Part shown: positions 1 through 9,842 of the stretch, one piece after another
Layout: every line of letters begins with the position of its first letter
Position numbering within the stretch: position 1 is the stretch's first letter
DNA from: Candidatus Sumerlaeia bacterium
GTDB taxonomy: Bacteria > Sumerlaeota > Sumerlaeia > SLMS01 > JAHLLQ01
Assembly: GCA_019634695.1 (NCBI GenBank)
Contig: JAHCAW010000001.1
Coordinates: 115,921-179,920 of the forward strand
Direction of reading: 5' to 3'
DNA length: 64,000 nt
Notes under the pieces: generated by a model
Database searches by the model: none
Told to the model about the DNA's origin: nothing
Seen by the model: only the letters and a program-made list of their open reading frames with translations
Program-made: the position numbers and the translations under genes

Positions 1-2
1 GC

Positions 3-407
3 GAGCAGGCACGCCTTGCCGCCGACGCCGGCATCCGCATCTTCGCGCTCGGTATCGGCTCGCCCGACGGCGCCCCCATCATTCTGCAGGACGGGTCGTT
101 CGCCGAAGACCGACAAGGCAGCAAGATTCTCACGCGCCTCGACGCCGAACTGCTGCGCGACATCGCCAGCATCACCGGCGGCCATGCCTACATCGCACGC
201 CCCGGCGAGAACATCGACATCCGCCCGCTCGCCGAGAAGATTCGCAGTTTCGAAGCCTCCGACTTCGGACCCGACAACCGACGCCGCGTCCTCGTCGAGG
301 AGCGTTACCAGATACCCCTCGCGCTGGCCCTTGGATTGCTCTTCATCGAGGCGTTGCTGGGCGACCGACGCCGCCTGGTGCCGCGCACCGCCGGAGGCGC
401 GCCATGA
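3..407 (+). CDS. batB: BatB-like VWA-domain protein, C-terminal part (runs off window)
   Basis: Own translation of frame 3: EQARLAADAGIRIFALGIGSPDGAPI...TRLDAELLRDIASITGG...EERYQIPLALAL; stop overlaps next ATG (ATGA 404-407). Confidence 0.8.
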   Translation, partial: EQARLAADAGIRIFALGIGSPDGAPIILQDGSFAEDRQGSKILTRLDAELLRDIASITGGHAYIARPGENIDIRPLAEKIRSFEASDFGPDNRRRVLVEERYQIPLALALGLLFIEALLGDRRRLVPRTAGGAP

Positions 408-1348
408 AGTTCCCGATCCGCGCCGCGCTTGCACTCATCTTGATGCTTGCCGCATCGGCGCCTGCTGCCGTCGATCTTCGCGATCCCTTTACCCGGCTCA
501 TCGACGAGGGCATCGCCGCCTATCGCGAGGGCGACAATGCCCGCGCGCTCGCGGCGTTCCGCGATGCGGCCCACCTGCGGCCCGAATCCTTCGAGGCGAC
601 AATCAATCGCGGGCTGGCCCATGCGCGCCTCGGAGAGCACGACGCCGCGATCCAGCAGTTCCAGAAGGCCACCGATCTTGCCGGCGACGACGCGCGGCGA
701 CGCGGCTGGGCCCACTACAATCGCGGACGCGCGCACTTCGAGCGTGTGGAGCAGGGGGCAGAGGCGCTGTTCACCGGCATGCCCGACGCGCCTTCGCCCG
801 ACAAGTTGCTCGCCGAAGCGCTCGAAAGTCTCGACGCTTTCGACCAGGCCGTTGCCGCCGATCCCGACAACGACGCCGCCCAGCACAATCGCATCCAGGC
901 GCAGCACGTTGTCCGGGAGCTTGCGCAGCTCCAGCAGCCACCCTCCGAACAGCAAGGCGAGCCCGACCAGAGCGACGAGCAGTCCGAACAGGAACAGTCC
1001 GAGAGTCCGCCCGAAGGCAACGAGCAGCAGGCCGGCGAAGACGAGCAGGAGCAGTCCGATTCCCGGGACGCCCCCGGCGAGTCCGAACAACCCGAGTCGT
1101 CCGGTCAATCCGACTCGCGCGACGACTCCGGCCAGAATCAGCCCCAGGACGAATCCGGCCAATCCGATACGCCGGAATCGCCCGAGCAACAACAGGAGCA
1201 GGAGTCGCCCGCGTCCCAGAGCGACGCGCAGCCATCCGACCAAATGAGCGAGCGCGAGGCACGCGCCCTGCTGAATCTGCTGGGCAACGAGCAGCTTCTG
1301 CAACTCCGGTTGCCCGGCATGCACCTCGATCCGGAGAAGGACTGGTGA
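404..1348 (+). CDS. batC: BatC-like TPR protein with Q/E/S-rich tail
   Basis: Signal peptide, TPRs (AHYNRGRAHF), low-complexity linker, C-terminal MSEREARALL...EKDW. Confidence 0.8.
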   Translation: MKFPIRAALALILMLAASAPAAVDLRDPFTRLIDEGIAAYREGDNARALAAFRDAAHLRPESFEATINRGLAHARLGEHDAAIQQFQKATDLAGDDARRRGWAHYNRGRAHFERVEQGAEALFTGMPDAPSPDKLLAEALESLDAFDQAVAADPDNDAAQHNRIQAQHVVRELAQLQQPPSEQQGEPDQSDEQSEQEQSESPPEGNEQQAGEDEQEQSDSRDAPGESEQPESSGQSDSRDDSGQNQPQDESGQSDTPESPEQQQEQESPASQSDAQPSDQMSEREARALLNLLGNEQLLQLRLPGMHLDPEKDW

Positions 1349-3189
1349 TGCGGCGCCGTGCCCTTTCAGTCTGCGTGCTTCTTCTCCTGCTGGTCGCTTC
1401 CGCGGCGTGGGCCCAGGATGAGGACGTGCGCGTGCGGATCGAACCCGCGCGCATCCTTCCCGGCGAGTTGTTCCAGTACATCATCGAGGCGCCCGGCACG
1501 TTCGCGATGCAGTCTTCTCCTCGCGCCACCGGCGACGCCGTTTCGCCCACGCACGTGAGTGCCCAGTCGCAGGGCACGACCACCTTCGTCAACGGTGTCG
1601 CCTCGAACAGCTTCCAGCGCGTGTTCGTCTTTCGTGCGCTGCGGGAGGGGCCGTTCCAGATCGGCCCCGTCACGGTGATTCTCGGCACGCGCCAGATCGA
1701 GGTGCCCGTGGTCTACGGCAAGGTCGAGACGATGCCGAACGTGACGCGCACCGGCCTGCCGGGCACGACGGGGCGGCCGCTCTTGCAGGACCGCGCGCGG
1801 GCCGACGCCCTGGCCCAGTACATGTTCACCGCGCTCGAGGTCTCCAACGAGTCGCCCTTCGTCGGCGAGCCGATCGCGATCACCACCTACCTCTACATCG
1901 AGAGTTCCCAGGAGGCGCTGCGCAGCGAAGTCACGCGCGAGCCGGCCAATCCCAGGTTCCTGACGCTGCCGAATGCGCCGGACATGTCCCGAAACCAGCC
2001 GGTCGAGCGTCTCGTGCTCGACGGGCGCACCTTCCAGCGGCGCCAGATGAACCGCGTGATCCTGATCCCAACGCAGTCGGGCACGCTGACGGTGGCCGGG
2101 GCGGAGATCGGCATCGGGCGCGATCGCGGGATGTGGGTCATCACGTCGCCCGTCGGCATCTCGCCTCCCCTGCGCGAGATCGCCGTGCGCCCGTTGCCCG
2201 ATCCGCCCGACGGCGTCGTGGCACAACTTGTCGGCACCTACACGATCGGCGCGACGTTGGACCGCCCCGAGGCCGAGGAGGGCGAACTCGTCTCGCTGAA
2301 CGTGCGAATCTCCGGCGAGGGGTATCTCGAGAGTGTCGGCCTCACGAATCTGCCCGACATCCCGGGGCTCGCGCTGGTGTCCACCGAGGTTTCGCATCGT
2401 CCGAATCTCTCGTCGGGGAGGCTCGTTTCGACGAAGATCTTCAAGCTTGTCTACCAGGCGATGGACGACGGCCCGACGACGATCCCGGCGCTGGCGTTCG
2501 CGCTCGTCGATCCGGCCACGGGTCGCCAGCGCATCGAGCGCACCGAGGCGTTGTCGCTCGTCGTGCGGCCGTCGACCCGGTCGTCCCTGCAACTGACGCA
2601 GGCTTCCGAGGCACCGCTCGCTCGCGGGCACGCACGCGAGTTGTCGCGGCAGGGCATCCTCTACATCGACGAGGGGCCGATGACGAGTCGCACCCTCGAG
2701 CACGCGCGCGAGCCGCTCGCGCACCGGCCCCTCTACTGGCTCGCGCACGCGCTCGTGTTGCTGGCCGTGGCGCTGTTCGGTTCGTGGACCACCTGGCGGC
2801 GTCACCTCGAGCGCGACCCGGAGCGACTCGCCGCGCGTCTGGCGCGACGGCGCGGTTCCAGCGCGTTGCGCGCCGCACAGGGCAAGCTCGCTTCGGCCTC
2901 CGCCGCGGACTTCTACGCCGCGCTCGCCGACGGCGTGCTCGGCCATCTCTCGTCGGTGCTCGGTCGCCCGGCCGCGGGCCTGACCGCCGAAGAGGCCGCC
3001 CGCGAGTTGCGCGCGCGTGGTCTCGACGAACAGGCGCAGCGGCTCACCGGAATGCTCGAGCATTTCGACGCGATGCGCTACGCACCCTCGGCCGCAGACA
3101 CCGACCGCGCCGGCGACCTGCGCCGCGCCCAGCAGTTCGTTGCAGACCTTTCGCGCGAGCAATCCGCGCCCCGCGGAGGCGCGCGATGA
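1348..3189 (+). CDS. batD: BatD family protein
   Basis: Start overlaps batC stop (TGATG); signal peptide, repeated beta domains, late TM helix, RYAP motif. Confidence 0.8.
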   Translation: MRRRALSVCVLLLLLVASAAWAQDEDVRVRIEPARILPGELFQYIIEAPGTFAMQSSPRATGDAVSPTHVSAQSQGTTTFVNGVASNSFQRVFVFRALREGPFQIGPVTVILGTRQIEVPVVYGKVETMPNVTRTGLPGTTGRPLLQDRARADALAQYMFTALEVSNESPFVGEPIAITTYLYIESSQEALRSEVTREPANPRFLTLPNAPDMSRNQPVERLVLDGRTFQRRQMNRVILIPTQSGTLTVAGAEIGIGRDRGMWVITSPVGISPPLREIAVRPLPDPPDGVVAQLVGTYTIGATLDRPEAEEGELVSLNVRISGEGYLESVGLTNLPDIPGLALVSTEVSHRPNLSSGRLVSTKIFKLVYQAMDDGPTTIPALAFALVDPATGRQRIERTEALSLVVRPSTRSSLQLTQASEAPLARGHARELSRQGILYIDEGPMTSRTLEHAREPLAHRPLYWLAHALVLLAVALFGSWTTWRRHLERDPERLAARLARRRGSSALRAAQGKLASASAADFYAALADGVLGHLSSVLGRPAAGLTAEEAARELRARGLDEQAQRLTGMLEHFDAMRYAPSAADTDRAGDLRRAQQFVADLSREQSAPRGGAR

Positions 3190-3953
3190 ATCGCCTCCTC
3201 CTCTTCCTGCTGTTCGCGTTGCTTCCGGTTCGGCTCGTGCCGGCACAGGCCGACGACGCGCAGGCGGCCACGCGCCTGTTCGAGCAGGCCAACGCTCACT
3301 ATGCGGCCGAGGAGTTCGCGCAGGCCTTCGAGCTCTACGAGCGCCTCTATCGCTCGGGCCATGCAACGCGCGAGGTGTTGTTCAACGCGGGCAACGCCTC
3401 GCACCGCCTGGGCGACGTCGGTCGTGCCGTGCTCTACTACCAGCGCGCGCTGCGCGTCGATCCGGGCTATGCGCCGGCGCGCGAGAACCTGGACCGCGTG
3501 CAGCCGGTGACCAACGCCACCGGCGCGGAGGGGCCGACCGAGTGGTTCGCGCGCGGCTATCGCGCCACGCCCGCGCTCGTGTGGTTGATCGTCGCCGAGG
3601 TCGCCTTCGTCTGGTTGCTCGTGGCGTTGGTGCTGTTCATTCGGGCGACGCCGGCGACGGATGCGCGCAGCGCGTGGGGCAGTCGCAGCGCCGCCGCCGC
3701 GGTGCTTGCCGTCCTCGCGTTCGGGCTCGTGCTGCTCCATCAGCAGGTTCAGCACGAGGCCGGCAACGCGGTCGTCGTGCGCAACAAGGCCGTCACGCGG
3801 CTGGGCCCCGGCGAGCAGTTCTACCAGCAACTCGAGCTGCCGGCCGGGACGGTGCTGACCACGCGCGGCACACCGCGCGCCGGCTGGGTCTCGTTTGTCC
3901 TGCGCGACGGCAGCAGCGGCTACATCGAGACCGACGACGTCGAACCGATCTGA
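3186..3953 (+). CDS. batE: BatE-like TPR + TM + SH3-like protein
   Basis: LFNAGNA...GRAVLYYQRALRVDP TPR, two TMs, C-terminal GWV..DGSSGYI SH3-like; ATGA coupling. Confidence 0.8.
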   Translation: MNRLLLFLLFALLPVRLVPAQADDAQAATRLFEQANAHYAAEEFAQAFELYERLYRSGHATREVLFNAGNASHRLGDVGRAVLYYQRALRVDPGYAPARENLDRVQPVTNATGAEGPTEWFARGYRATPALVWLIVAEVAFVWLLVALVLFIRATPATDARSAWGSRSAAAAVLAVLAFGLVLLHQQVQHEAGNAVVVRNKAVTRLGPGEQFYQQLELPAGTVLTTRGTPRAGWVSFVLRDGSSGYIETDDVEPI

Positions 3954-4029
3954 CCGCCCCGCGGAAAACGCGTGACGCCCCGCCAGGCCCCGTGCACACA
4001 GGCCGAAATCGCCCGGGGAGGGCCCGAGC

Positions 4030-4830
4030 ATGCTCGCCAAGCGCATCATCCCGTGTCTGGACGTCCACGGCGGCCGCGTCGTCAAGGGCGTCAACTTCGT
4101 CTCGCTGCGCGACGCCGGCGATCCGGTCGAATGCGCCCGCGCCTACGATGCCGCCGGCGCCGACGAACTCGTCTTCCTCGACATCACCGCCAGCCACGAG
4201 CGCCGCGGCATCATGCGCGACGTCGTGCACCGCACCGCCGCGCAGTGCTTCATGCCGCTGACCGTTGGCGGCGGCCTGCGCACGGCCGACGACATTCGCG
4301 CGATGCTCAACGCCGGCGCCGACAAGGTCTCGCTCAACACGCCCGCCGTGCAGAATCCCGACTTCGTGCGCGAGGCCGCGCGCCGCTTCGGCACGCAGTG
4401 CATCGTCGTGGCGATCGACGCCCGCCGGCGCACGCGCCCCGCCGAGGGCGCCGCCGTGGATCTGCGCGCGCCGGACCCGGCCGGCTGGGAGGTCTTCACC
4501 CACGGCGGCCGCACGGCCACCGGTCTCGACGTCCTCGAGTGGGCCCGCCGCGTCGAACAGCTCGGCGCCGGCGAGATCCTGCTCACGTCGATGGATGCCG
4601 ACGGCACGAAGAACGGCTACGATCTGGCGCTGACGCGCGCGGTTGCCGAGGCCGTCGGCGTCCCGGTCATCGCCTCGGGCGGCGCCGGGACGCTCGACCA
4701 CCTGGCCGAGGCGCTGGACTTCGGCAAGGCCGACGCCGCCCTGGCCGCCAGCATCTTCCACTTCGGCGAGTTCACCATCGCCCAAGCCCGCGCCCACCTG
4801 CGCGCGCGCGGGATCGCCGTGCGGGAGTAG
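4030..4830 (+). CDS. hisF: Imidazole glycerol phosphate synthase cyclase subunit
   Basis: [46 protein letters not shown]. Confidence 0.98.
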   Translation: MLAKRIIPCLDVHGGRVVKGVNFVSLRDAGDPVECARAYDAAGADELVFLDITASHERRGIMRDVVHRTAAQCFMPLTVGGGLRTADDIRAMLNAGADKVSLNTPAVQNPDFVREAARRFGTQCIVVAIDARRRTRPAEGAAVDLRAPDPAGWEVFTHGGRTATGLDVLEWARRVEQLGAGEILLTSMDADGTKNGYDLALTRAVAEAVGVPVIASGGAGTLDHLAEALDFGKADAALAASIFHFGEFTIAQARAHLRARGIAVRE

Positions 4831-5008
4831 ACGGCGGCCCGCCGGCAACGTCGAACCCTTCGAGAGTATCGACCTTCATCCGCAATTCCGCGGCTGCTCC
4901 ACCGCGATCCTCCGGGTGGCGGCGACGGGGGGCTCTCGCCCCGACGTTCGTTCATGCGCGCACGATTCTTGTATGTCCGGTGTCACATCACGTCAGGAGG
5001 TAGGTGCG

Positions 5009-5452
5009 ATGAAGCGCCTGGACTTTCGTTCGTTGGCCGTGGGCTGCCTGGTGGGCGGCGCGGCGATGTTGTTGCTGGGCCAGACGGCGGACACGCCGAC
5101 GCGGCCGTTTGCGAGCCTGTCGGTCGAGAAGGTTCTGTTCCCGCGGCGGCAGGAGGGGGTGCGGATCGTCGGGTCCGGGACGACGCTGGCCCCGCGGCGG
5201 ACGGACGCCGAGGACCTGCTGCCGCTGGTGGATGTGGCGGAGACGCAGGAGAACCGCTATCAAGCCCTCATGCTTGGCAGTGACGGCGACTTCATGGTGC
5301 TCGATTCGCGCACCGGAGTGGCCCGGGCCTTCCGGACCGTCGAACTCGAGAACGGCCAGCGGCAGGTCCAGCGCGTCGAACTCTACAACGCCAAGGTGCC
5401 GAACCACATCATCGAGGCACCCGTGCGACGCCACACGGATCTGGTGGACTGA
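5009..5452 (+). CDS. Hypothetical exported protein
   Basis: AGGAGG RBS; MKRLDFRSLAVGCLVGGAAMLLLG signal-like N-terminus. Confidence 0.7.
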   Translation: MKRLDFRSLAVGCLVGGAAMLLLGQTADTPTRPFASLSVEKVLFPRRQEGVRIVGSGTTLAPRRTDAEDLLPLVDVAETQENRYQALMLGSDGDFMVLDSRTGVARAFRTVELENGQRQVQRVELYNAKVPNHIIEAPVRRHTDLVD

Positions 5453-5509
5453 GGCCACACGGCCGTGCAATCCTGCACCCTGCTTCCGGGCGCTTGCGCG
5501 TCCGATCCC

Positions 5510-5566
5510 GCCCGTCGCGCCACGCGAAGAGAGCGCAGGCAATATGAAGAAGAAATCCAAAGCTGA
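5510..5566 (+). pseudogene. BrnT-type toxin C-terminal remnant
   Basis: Reads ARRATRRERRQYEEEIQS*, the typical BrnT C-terminus; overlaps the next start; no upstream body. Confidence 0.65.
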
Positions 5567-5786
5567 AGTGGCATCCGCCGACGACAAGGATACGATGCGT
5601 CCGGAGTACGATTCCTCGGGCGGCGCTCGGGGCGTCACGGTCGCGCGCTATCGCGAAGGGGCGAATATCGTCGTGGTGGACCCTGATGTGCTCGACGTGT
5701 TTCCCGACAGCGCATCGGTCAACGAGGCCTTGCGGACCTTGGCGCCCTTTCTGCGCCAGCGGCGGAAGGCAACGAAGCGCTCTTGA
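5544..5786 (+). CDS. BrnA-like antitoxin
   Basis: MRPEYD...RG...RY...DPDVLDVFPDSASVNEALR pattern, following the BrnT stub. Confidence 0.7.
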   Translation: MKKKSKAEVASADDKDTMRPEYDSSGGARGVTVARYREGANIVVVDPDVLDVFPDSASVNEALRTLAPFLRQRRKATKRS

Positions 5787-7446
5787 ACGCCCGCCCCGCC
5801 GCCAGCACGCCCACGCAGGCGGCGTAGGCCAACGCCCCCGGCACCAGCAGCAGCAGGCACAGGGCGCTGACCTGACCGGTCGGCGCGAAGTGCATCAGCG
5901 TCAGCAGCCGCACGCCCAGCGTCGTCGTCCCCGGCGGCAGCAGCAGCACCGCGGCGCCGACTTCGCCGAGCGTGAACGCGAAGGTCGCCAGCGCGCCGCC
6001 CGCCAGCGCCGGCCAGCACGCCGGCAGCAGCAACCACCGGGCCGTCGCGCACGTGCCCGCCCCGTCGAGCGCCGCGGCAGCCAGTGTCTCCGGCCCTACG
6101 CGCCGTAAGGCGCGCTCCACCAGCAGGGCCACCACCGGCGCGAACCGCAGCAGCCAGACCGCCAGCAGCGGCGCGTGCGTCTGGGACAGGGCCGCCAGCC
6201 CATCATCCAGTCCCAACGGCAGCGATCCCGGCGGGCGCCGCAGCAACACCTGCATTCCGACCGCCAGCACCGGCGCCGGCAGCACCAGCGGCACCAGCAC
6301 CACCACCCGCCAGGCGGCCGGCCGCCGCGCAGCAGCCAGCGCCCAGCCCACCAGCCCGCCGACCCCGGCCGCCAGCACCGCCAGCAGCCCGCCCAGCGCC
6401 AGCGTGAAGAAGAACTCGTCGCGCGCCGTGCTCCAGACGATTCGCCAGACGGCCGCGGGGCCCTCCGGTCCGGTCGCCGTCCAGACCAGAACAAACACCG
6501 CGGCCGCCACCGGCACCACCCCGAGCACCCAGCCCGACCCCTTCACCATGCGCGTCCCGGCCGTCGTCGGCAGGCGCACCGGGGTCGGGTCCTCCGTCTC
6601 CGTGTCCGCTCCCCCCAATCCCGTGCGCGTCGCCAGCCACCCGGCCAGCCCGGCGGCCCCGCCGGCCAGCACCGCCAGCACCCCGCAGGCCATCAGCGCC
6701 GCCCGCGTGTCGAAGTAGACGCCGAACTGGACGTAGACCTCGGCCACGAGCACGGGCAGGCTGCGCAGCGCCTCGGGCACCGCCAGGTCCGTCAGCGCGA
6801 ACAGAAAGACAAGCGCCCCGCCCGCCAGCGCCCCGCCCGCCGCCATCGGCAGGGTCACCCGCGCCAGCACCCCTAGTGGGCCGGTGTGCAGCAGGGCGTG
6901 CTCCTCGGCGTCCACGCCGGCGCGCCGCAGCACCGCGACCAGCGCCAGCACCGCCAGCGGCGCGTATCCCCACGCCAGCACCAATGCTCCGCCCCACAAG
7001 GTGTAGATCGGCGCCCCCGGCAGGGCCGACGGCGGGCCGAGAAGCTGCTCGGTGACGGGGAAGACGTATTCCTGCCCGGCGATCAGGCGCGTCAGCATCC
7101 CGGCCGGTCCGAGCAGGCGGACCGCCGCCACGGCCAGCACCGTGGGCGGGATGAACAGTGGCAGGCAGGCCAGCGCAAGCAGCAGCCGGCCGCGGCCCAG
7201 CCGCGTGGCCGTCACGGCGACGGGCACCGCGAGCAGCATCGCCAGCACCACCGCGCCGCCGGCCAGACGCAGGCTGTTCCAGCCGAGCCGCGCCAGCCGT
7301 TGAGGCGAGGCCAGCGACGGGCCGTCCACCTCGGCGCCGCCGCCCAGTCCCAGCGCCAGCGGCGCCAGCAGGACCAGCACGGCCGCGAGCCAGAGCCACG
7401 GCAGCGCCCGCACCCAGCAGGGCGTCAGCTTCCCGAGCCGATCCAC
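5719..7446 (-). CDS. ABC transporter permease, Fe3+/thiamine (FbpB-like, two-domain)
   Basis: Two EAA-like loops (EEHALLHTG; LAAAALDGAG), many TMs, LLLPPGTTTL. Confidence 0.8.
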   Translation of the reverse strand: MDRLGKLTPCWVRALPWLWLAAVLVLLAPLALGLGGGAEVDGPSLASPQRLARLGWNSLRLAGGAVVLAMLLAVPVAVTATRLGRGRLLLALACLPLFIPPTVLAVAAVRLLGPAGMLTRLIAGQEYVFPVTEQLLGPPSALPGAPIYTLWGGALVLAWGYAPLAVLALVAVLRRAGVDAEEHALLHTGPLGVLARVTLPMAAGGALAGGALVFLFALTDLAVPEALRSLPVLVAEVYVQFGVYFDTRAALMACGVLAVLAGGAAGLAGWLATRTGLGGADTETEDPTPVRLPTTAGTRMVKGSGWVLGVVPVAAAVFVLVWTATGPEGPAAVWRIVWSTARDEFFFTLALGGLLAVLAAGVGGLVGWALAAARRPAAWRVVVLVPLVLPAPVLAVGMQVLLRRPPGSLPLGLDDGLAALSQTHAPLLAVWLLRFAPVVALLVERALRRVGPETLAAAALDGAGTCATARWLLLPACWPALAGGALATFAFTLGEVGAAVLLLPPGTTTLGVRLLTLMHFAPTGQVSALCLLLLVPGALAYAACVGVLAAGRAFKSASLPSAAGAERAPRSARPR

Positions 7447-7829
7447 GTGACCTCAAATTCCCGGCGCAGGCGCTGGGCCTCGCGCCGCGCCAGCTCGCGC
7501 GTGGCCACCCGGACCGTCGGCTGCGCCGGATATTCGAGCGGCAACCAGCTCACCCGGCCGACCCGGCCCACCTCGGCCCAGACGACGAGGAACTCCCCCG
7601 AGTCGCGCTCGACCACCGCGCCGATCAGGCGGTAGCGACGCTCGCCCGTGTCGAAGTCCCGCTCGAGCACCTCGTAGACCTCGACGCGGTCGGTGCGGTG
7701 GACGCCGGCGAAGTGGGCGATGAAGGCCTCGCGCGAGCGCTCGCGCGGCGCAAAGCACCCCGTCGCCCACACCAGCAGGCAGAGTCCCATGATCGCTCGA
7801 CCGATCGAGGCTCTGGAAGTTGTCGTCAT
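7425..7829 (-). CDS. Hypothetical lipoprotein
   Basis: GGAGG RBS, lipobox-like WATGC; overlaps the permease start. Confidence 0.6.
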   Translation of the reverse strand: MTTTSRASIGRAIMGLCLLVWATGCFAPRERSREAFIAHFAGVHRTDRVEVYEVLERDFDTGERRYRLIGAVVERDSGEFLVVWAEVGRVGRVSWLPLEYPAQPTVRVATRELARREAQRLRREFEVTWIGSGS

Positions 7830-7945
7830 GCTGTCGGTTCCTCCCGGCGGGTGCCCCGGCAGCATCCTGCCGAGGCCCCCCGCGGGGGACGCAAGGGGGA
7901 CGGGCCGGCGCCGCTTTAGCGGGATGTGTACCCCTGACTCCAAAG

Positions 7946-7982
7946 ATTAGCTTGACCTAGAGTAATTAGCCTAGGGTACAAA
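7946..7982 (+). promoter_or_regulatory. Tandem DtxR/MntR-family operator-like boxes in the troA promoter
   Basis: ATTAGCTTGACCTAG and ATTAGCCTAGGGTAC, imperfect versions of the TTAGCCTAGGCTAA palindrome, in an AT-rich patch containing TTGACC. Confidence 0.55.
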
Positions 7983-8037
7983 TTGCCTCGCTGCGGCGGG
8001 CAAGCCCGTCGACCGAAGGAAAGGACTAAGCAACCTC

Positions 8038-9021
8038 ATGCTGCGCCCCCTGTTCACCCTACTGGCTCTCTTCGCCTGGACGGTCGGTTGCCAGGCGCCC
8101 GCGGCCGAGCCCCGCGCCGATTCCGCCCCCTATCGCGTCGTTGCCACCACGGGCATGGTGGCCGACCTCGTGCGCCATGTCGCCGGCGACAAGGCAGACG
8201 TCGTCCAACTGGTCGGCGACGGCGTGGACCCGCATCTCTACACCCCGACGCGCAACGACGTGGCGCACCTGCATCGCGCGCAGGTCGTCTTCTATTCCGG
8301 GCTGCTGCTCGAGGGGCGGATGACCGACATGCTGGTGCGGCTGGCGCGCACGCGGCCGGTCTTCGCCGTCACCGAGGCCATCGACGAGAGCGCGCTGCTG
8401 GGCGCCGAGGGCGGCCATCCCGATCCGCACGTCTGGATGGAAGTGCGGCTCTGGTCGCAAGGCCTCGATGCCGTGGCGGAAAGTCTGGCCGCCTTCGATC
8501 CGAACAACGCGGACCTCTATCGTGCGAACGCGGCGGCATACCGCACTCGGCTCGCGGAACTCGACGACTATGCGCGCCGCGTGCTCGACTCCATTCCCGC
8601 CGACCGCCGCGTGATGATCACCGCGCACGATGCCTTCGGTTACATGGGACGCGCCTACGGGCTCGAGGTGCTCGGCATCCAGGGCATCTCGACCGAATCC
8701 GAGGCGGGCTTGCAGGACATCAATCGGTTGGTGGATCTGCTGGTGGCGCGGCGTGTGCCGGCAATCTTCGTGGAGTCGTCGGTGTCGGACAAGAACGTGC
8801 GGGCGCTGATCGAGGGTGCCGCGGCGCGCGGGCACAAGGTGCGCATCGGCGGCGAGCTGTTCTCCGATGCGATGGGGCCGTCGGGCATGTACGAGGGCAC
8901 CTACATGGGGATGATCGATCACAACGTGACGACGATCGCGCGGGCGCTGGGAGGCGAAGCGCCCGAGCGCGGCATGCAGGGTCGTCTGGCAGCGCCGGCC
9001 GCGGTGGGAGCGGACCGATGA
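8038..9021 (+). CDS. troA: Mn/Zn/Fe ABC transporter substrate-binding lipoprotein
   Basis: Lipobox TVGC, VDPHLY, DPHVWM, TAHDAFGY, FSDAMG. Confidence 0.92.
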   Translation: MLRPLFTLLALFAWTVGCQAPAAEPRADSAPYRVVATTGMVADLVRHVAGDKADVVQLVGDGVDPHLYTPTRNDVAHLHRAQVVFYSGLLLEGRMTDMLVRLARTRPVFAVTEAIDESALLGAEGGHPDPHVWMEVRLWSQGLDAVAESLAAFDPNNADLYRANAAAYRTRLAELDDYARRVLDSIPADRRVMITAHDAFGYMGRAYGLEVLGIQGISTESEAGLQDINRLVDLLVARRVPAIFVESSVSDKNVRALIEGAAARGHKVRIGGELFSDAMGPSGMYEGTYMGMIDHNVTTIARALGGEAPERGMQGRLAAPAAVGADR

Positions 9022-9842
9022 GCGTGCTGCCGGCCTTCCGTCGTCCGGGCCCCGTCAGCGAGGAGGCCTTCGCGCGCGGCGACCATTGCGCATCGTCGCC
9101 GCTGTCCGTTCACGACCTGACGGTCGCCTATCGTCGTCGGCCCGTGCTGTGGGATGTGGACCTTGACGTGCCGGCGGGCCAGCTCGTCGCGATCGTCGGG
9201 CCGAACGGCGCGGGCAAGAGTACGCTGCTGAAGGCGGCGCAGGGTCTGGTGCCGGTGGCATCGGGTCGCGTGTCGGTCTTCGGCAAGCCCTACGCGCGCC
9301 AGCGGCACATGGTGGCCTATGTGCCGCAGCGCGAGAGTGTGGACTGGGACTTTCCGATCACGGCGCTCGAGGTGGTGTTGATGGGGCGCTATCGGCGGGT
9401 GGGCTGGTGCCTGCCGGTCGGGCGCTCGCATCGTCGGCTGGCGCGCGAGGCGCTCGAGAAGGTCGGCATGGCCGACTATGCGCACCGTCAGATCAGCCAC
9501 CTGTCCGGCGGCCAGCAGCAGCGCGTCTTCCTGGCGCGCGCGCTCGTGCAGGACGCGATGCTCTATCTGATGGACGAGCCGTTCGCGGGCGTCGATGCGG
9601 CGACCGAGCGGGCGATCGTCGCGCTGCTCAAGGACCTGAAGGACGCCGGGCGCACTGTGGTCGCCGTGCATCACGACTTGCAGACCGTGCCGCACTACTT
9701 CGACCATGCGATCCTGCTGAACATGCGCGTGGTGGCGCAGGGCCCCGTGCGCGAGGTCTTCACCGAGGAGAACCTGCGCAAGACCTATGGCGGCAAGCTG
9801 ACGCTGCTGTCCGACGCCGCGGAGGCGTTCGCGCGGCGATGA
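9018..9842 (+). CDS. troB: Metal ABC transporter ATPase
   Basis: GPNGAGKST, YVPQRESVDWDFP, LSGGQQQR, DEPFAGVD. Confidence 0.93.
   Translation: MSVLPAFRRPGPVSEEAFARGDHCASSPLSVHDLTVAYRRRPVLWDVDLDVPAGQLVAIVGPNGAGKSTLLKAAQGLVPVASGRVSVFGKPYARQRHMVAYVPQRESVDWDFPITALEVVLMGRYRRVGWCLPVGRSHRRLAREALEKVGMADYAHRQISHLSGGQQQRVFLARALVQDAMLYLMDEPFAGVDAATERAIVALLKDLKDAGRTVVAVHHDLQTVPHYFDHAILLNMRVVAQGPVREVFTEENLRKTYGGKLTLLSDAAEAFARR

Noticed and set aside
940-1245. Repetitive Q/E/S-rich coding stretch
   Set aside because: Normal low-complexity linker of BatC-type proteins.
16-1347. 5' extension of batD to 1057 aa
   Set aside because: Overlaps batB and batC; the signal peptide starts at 1348.
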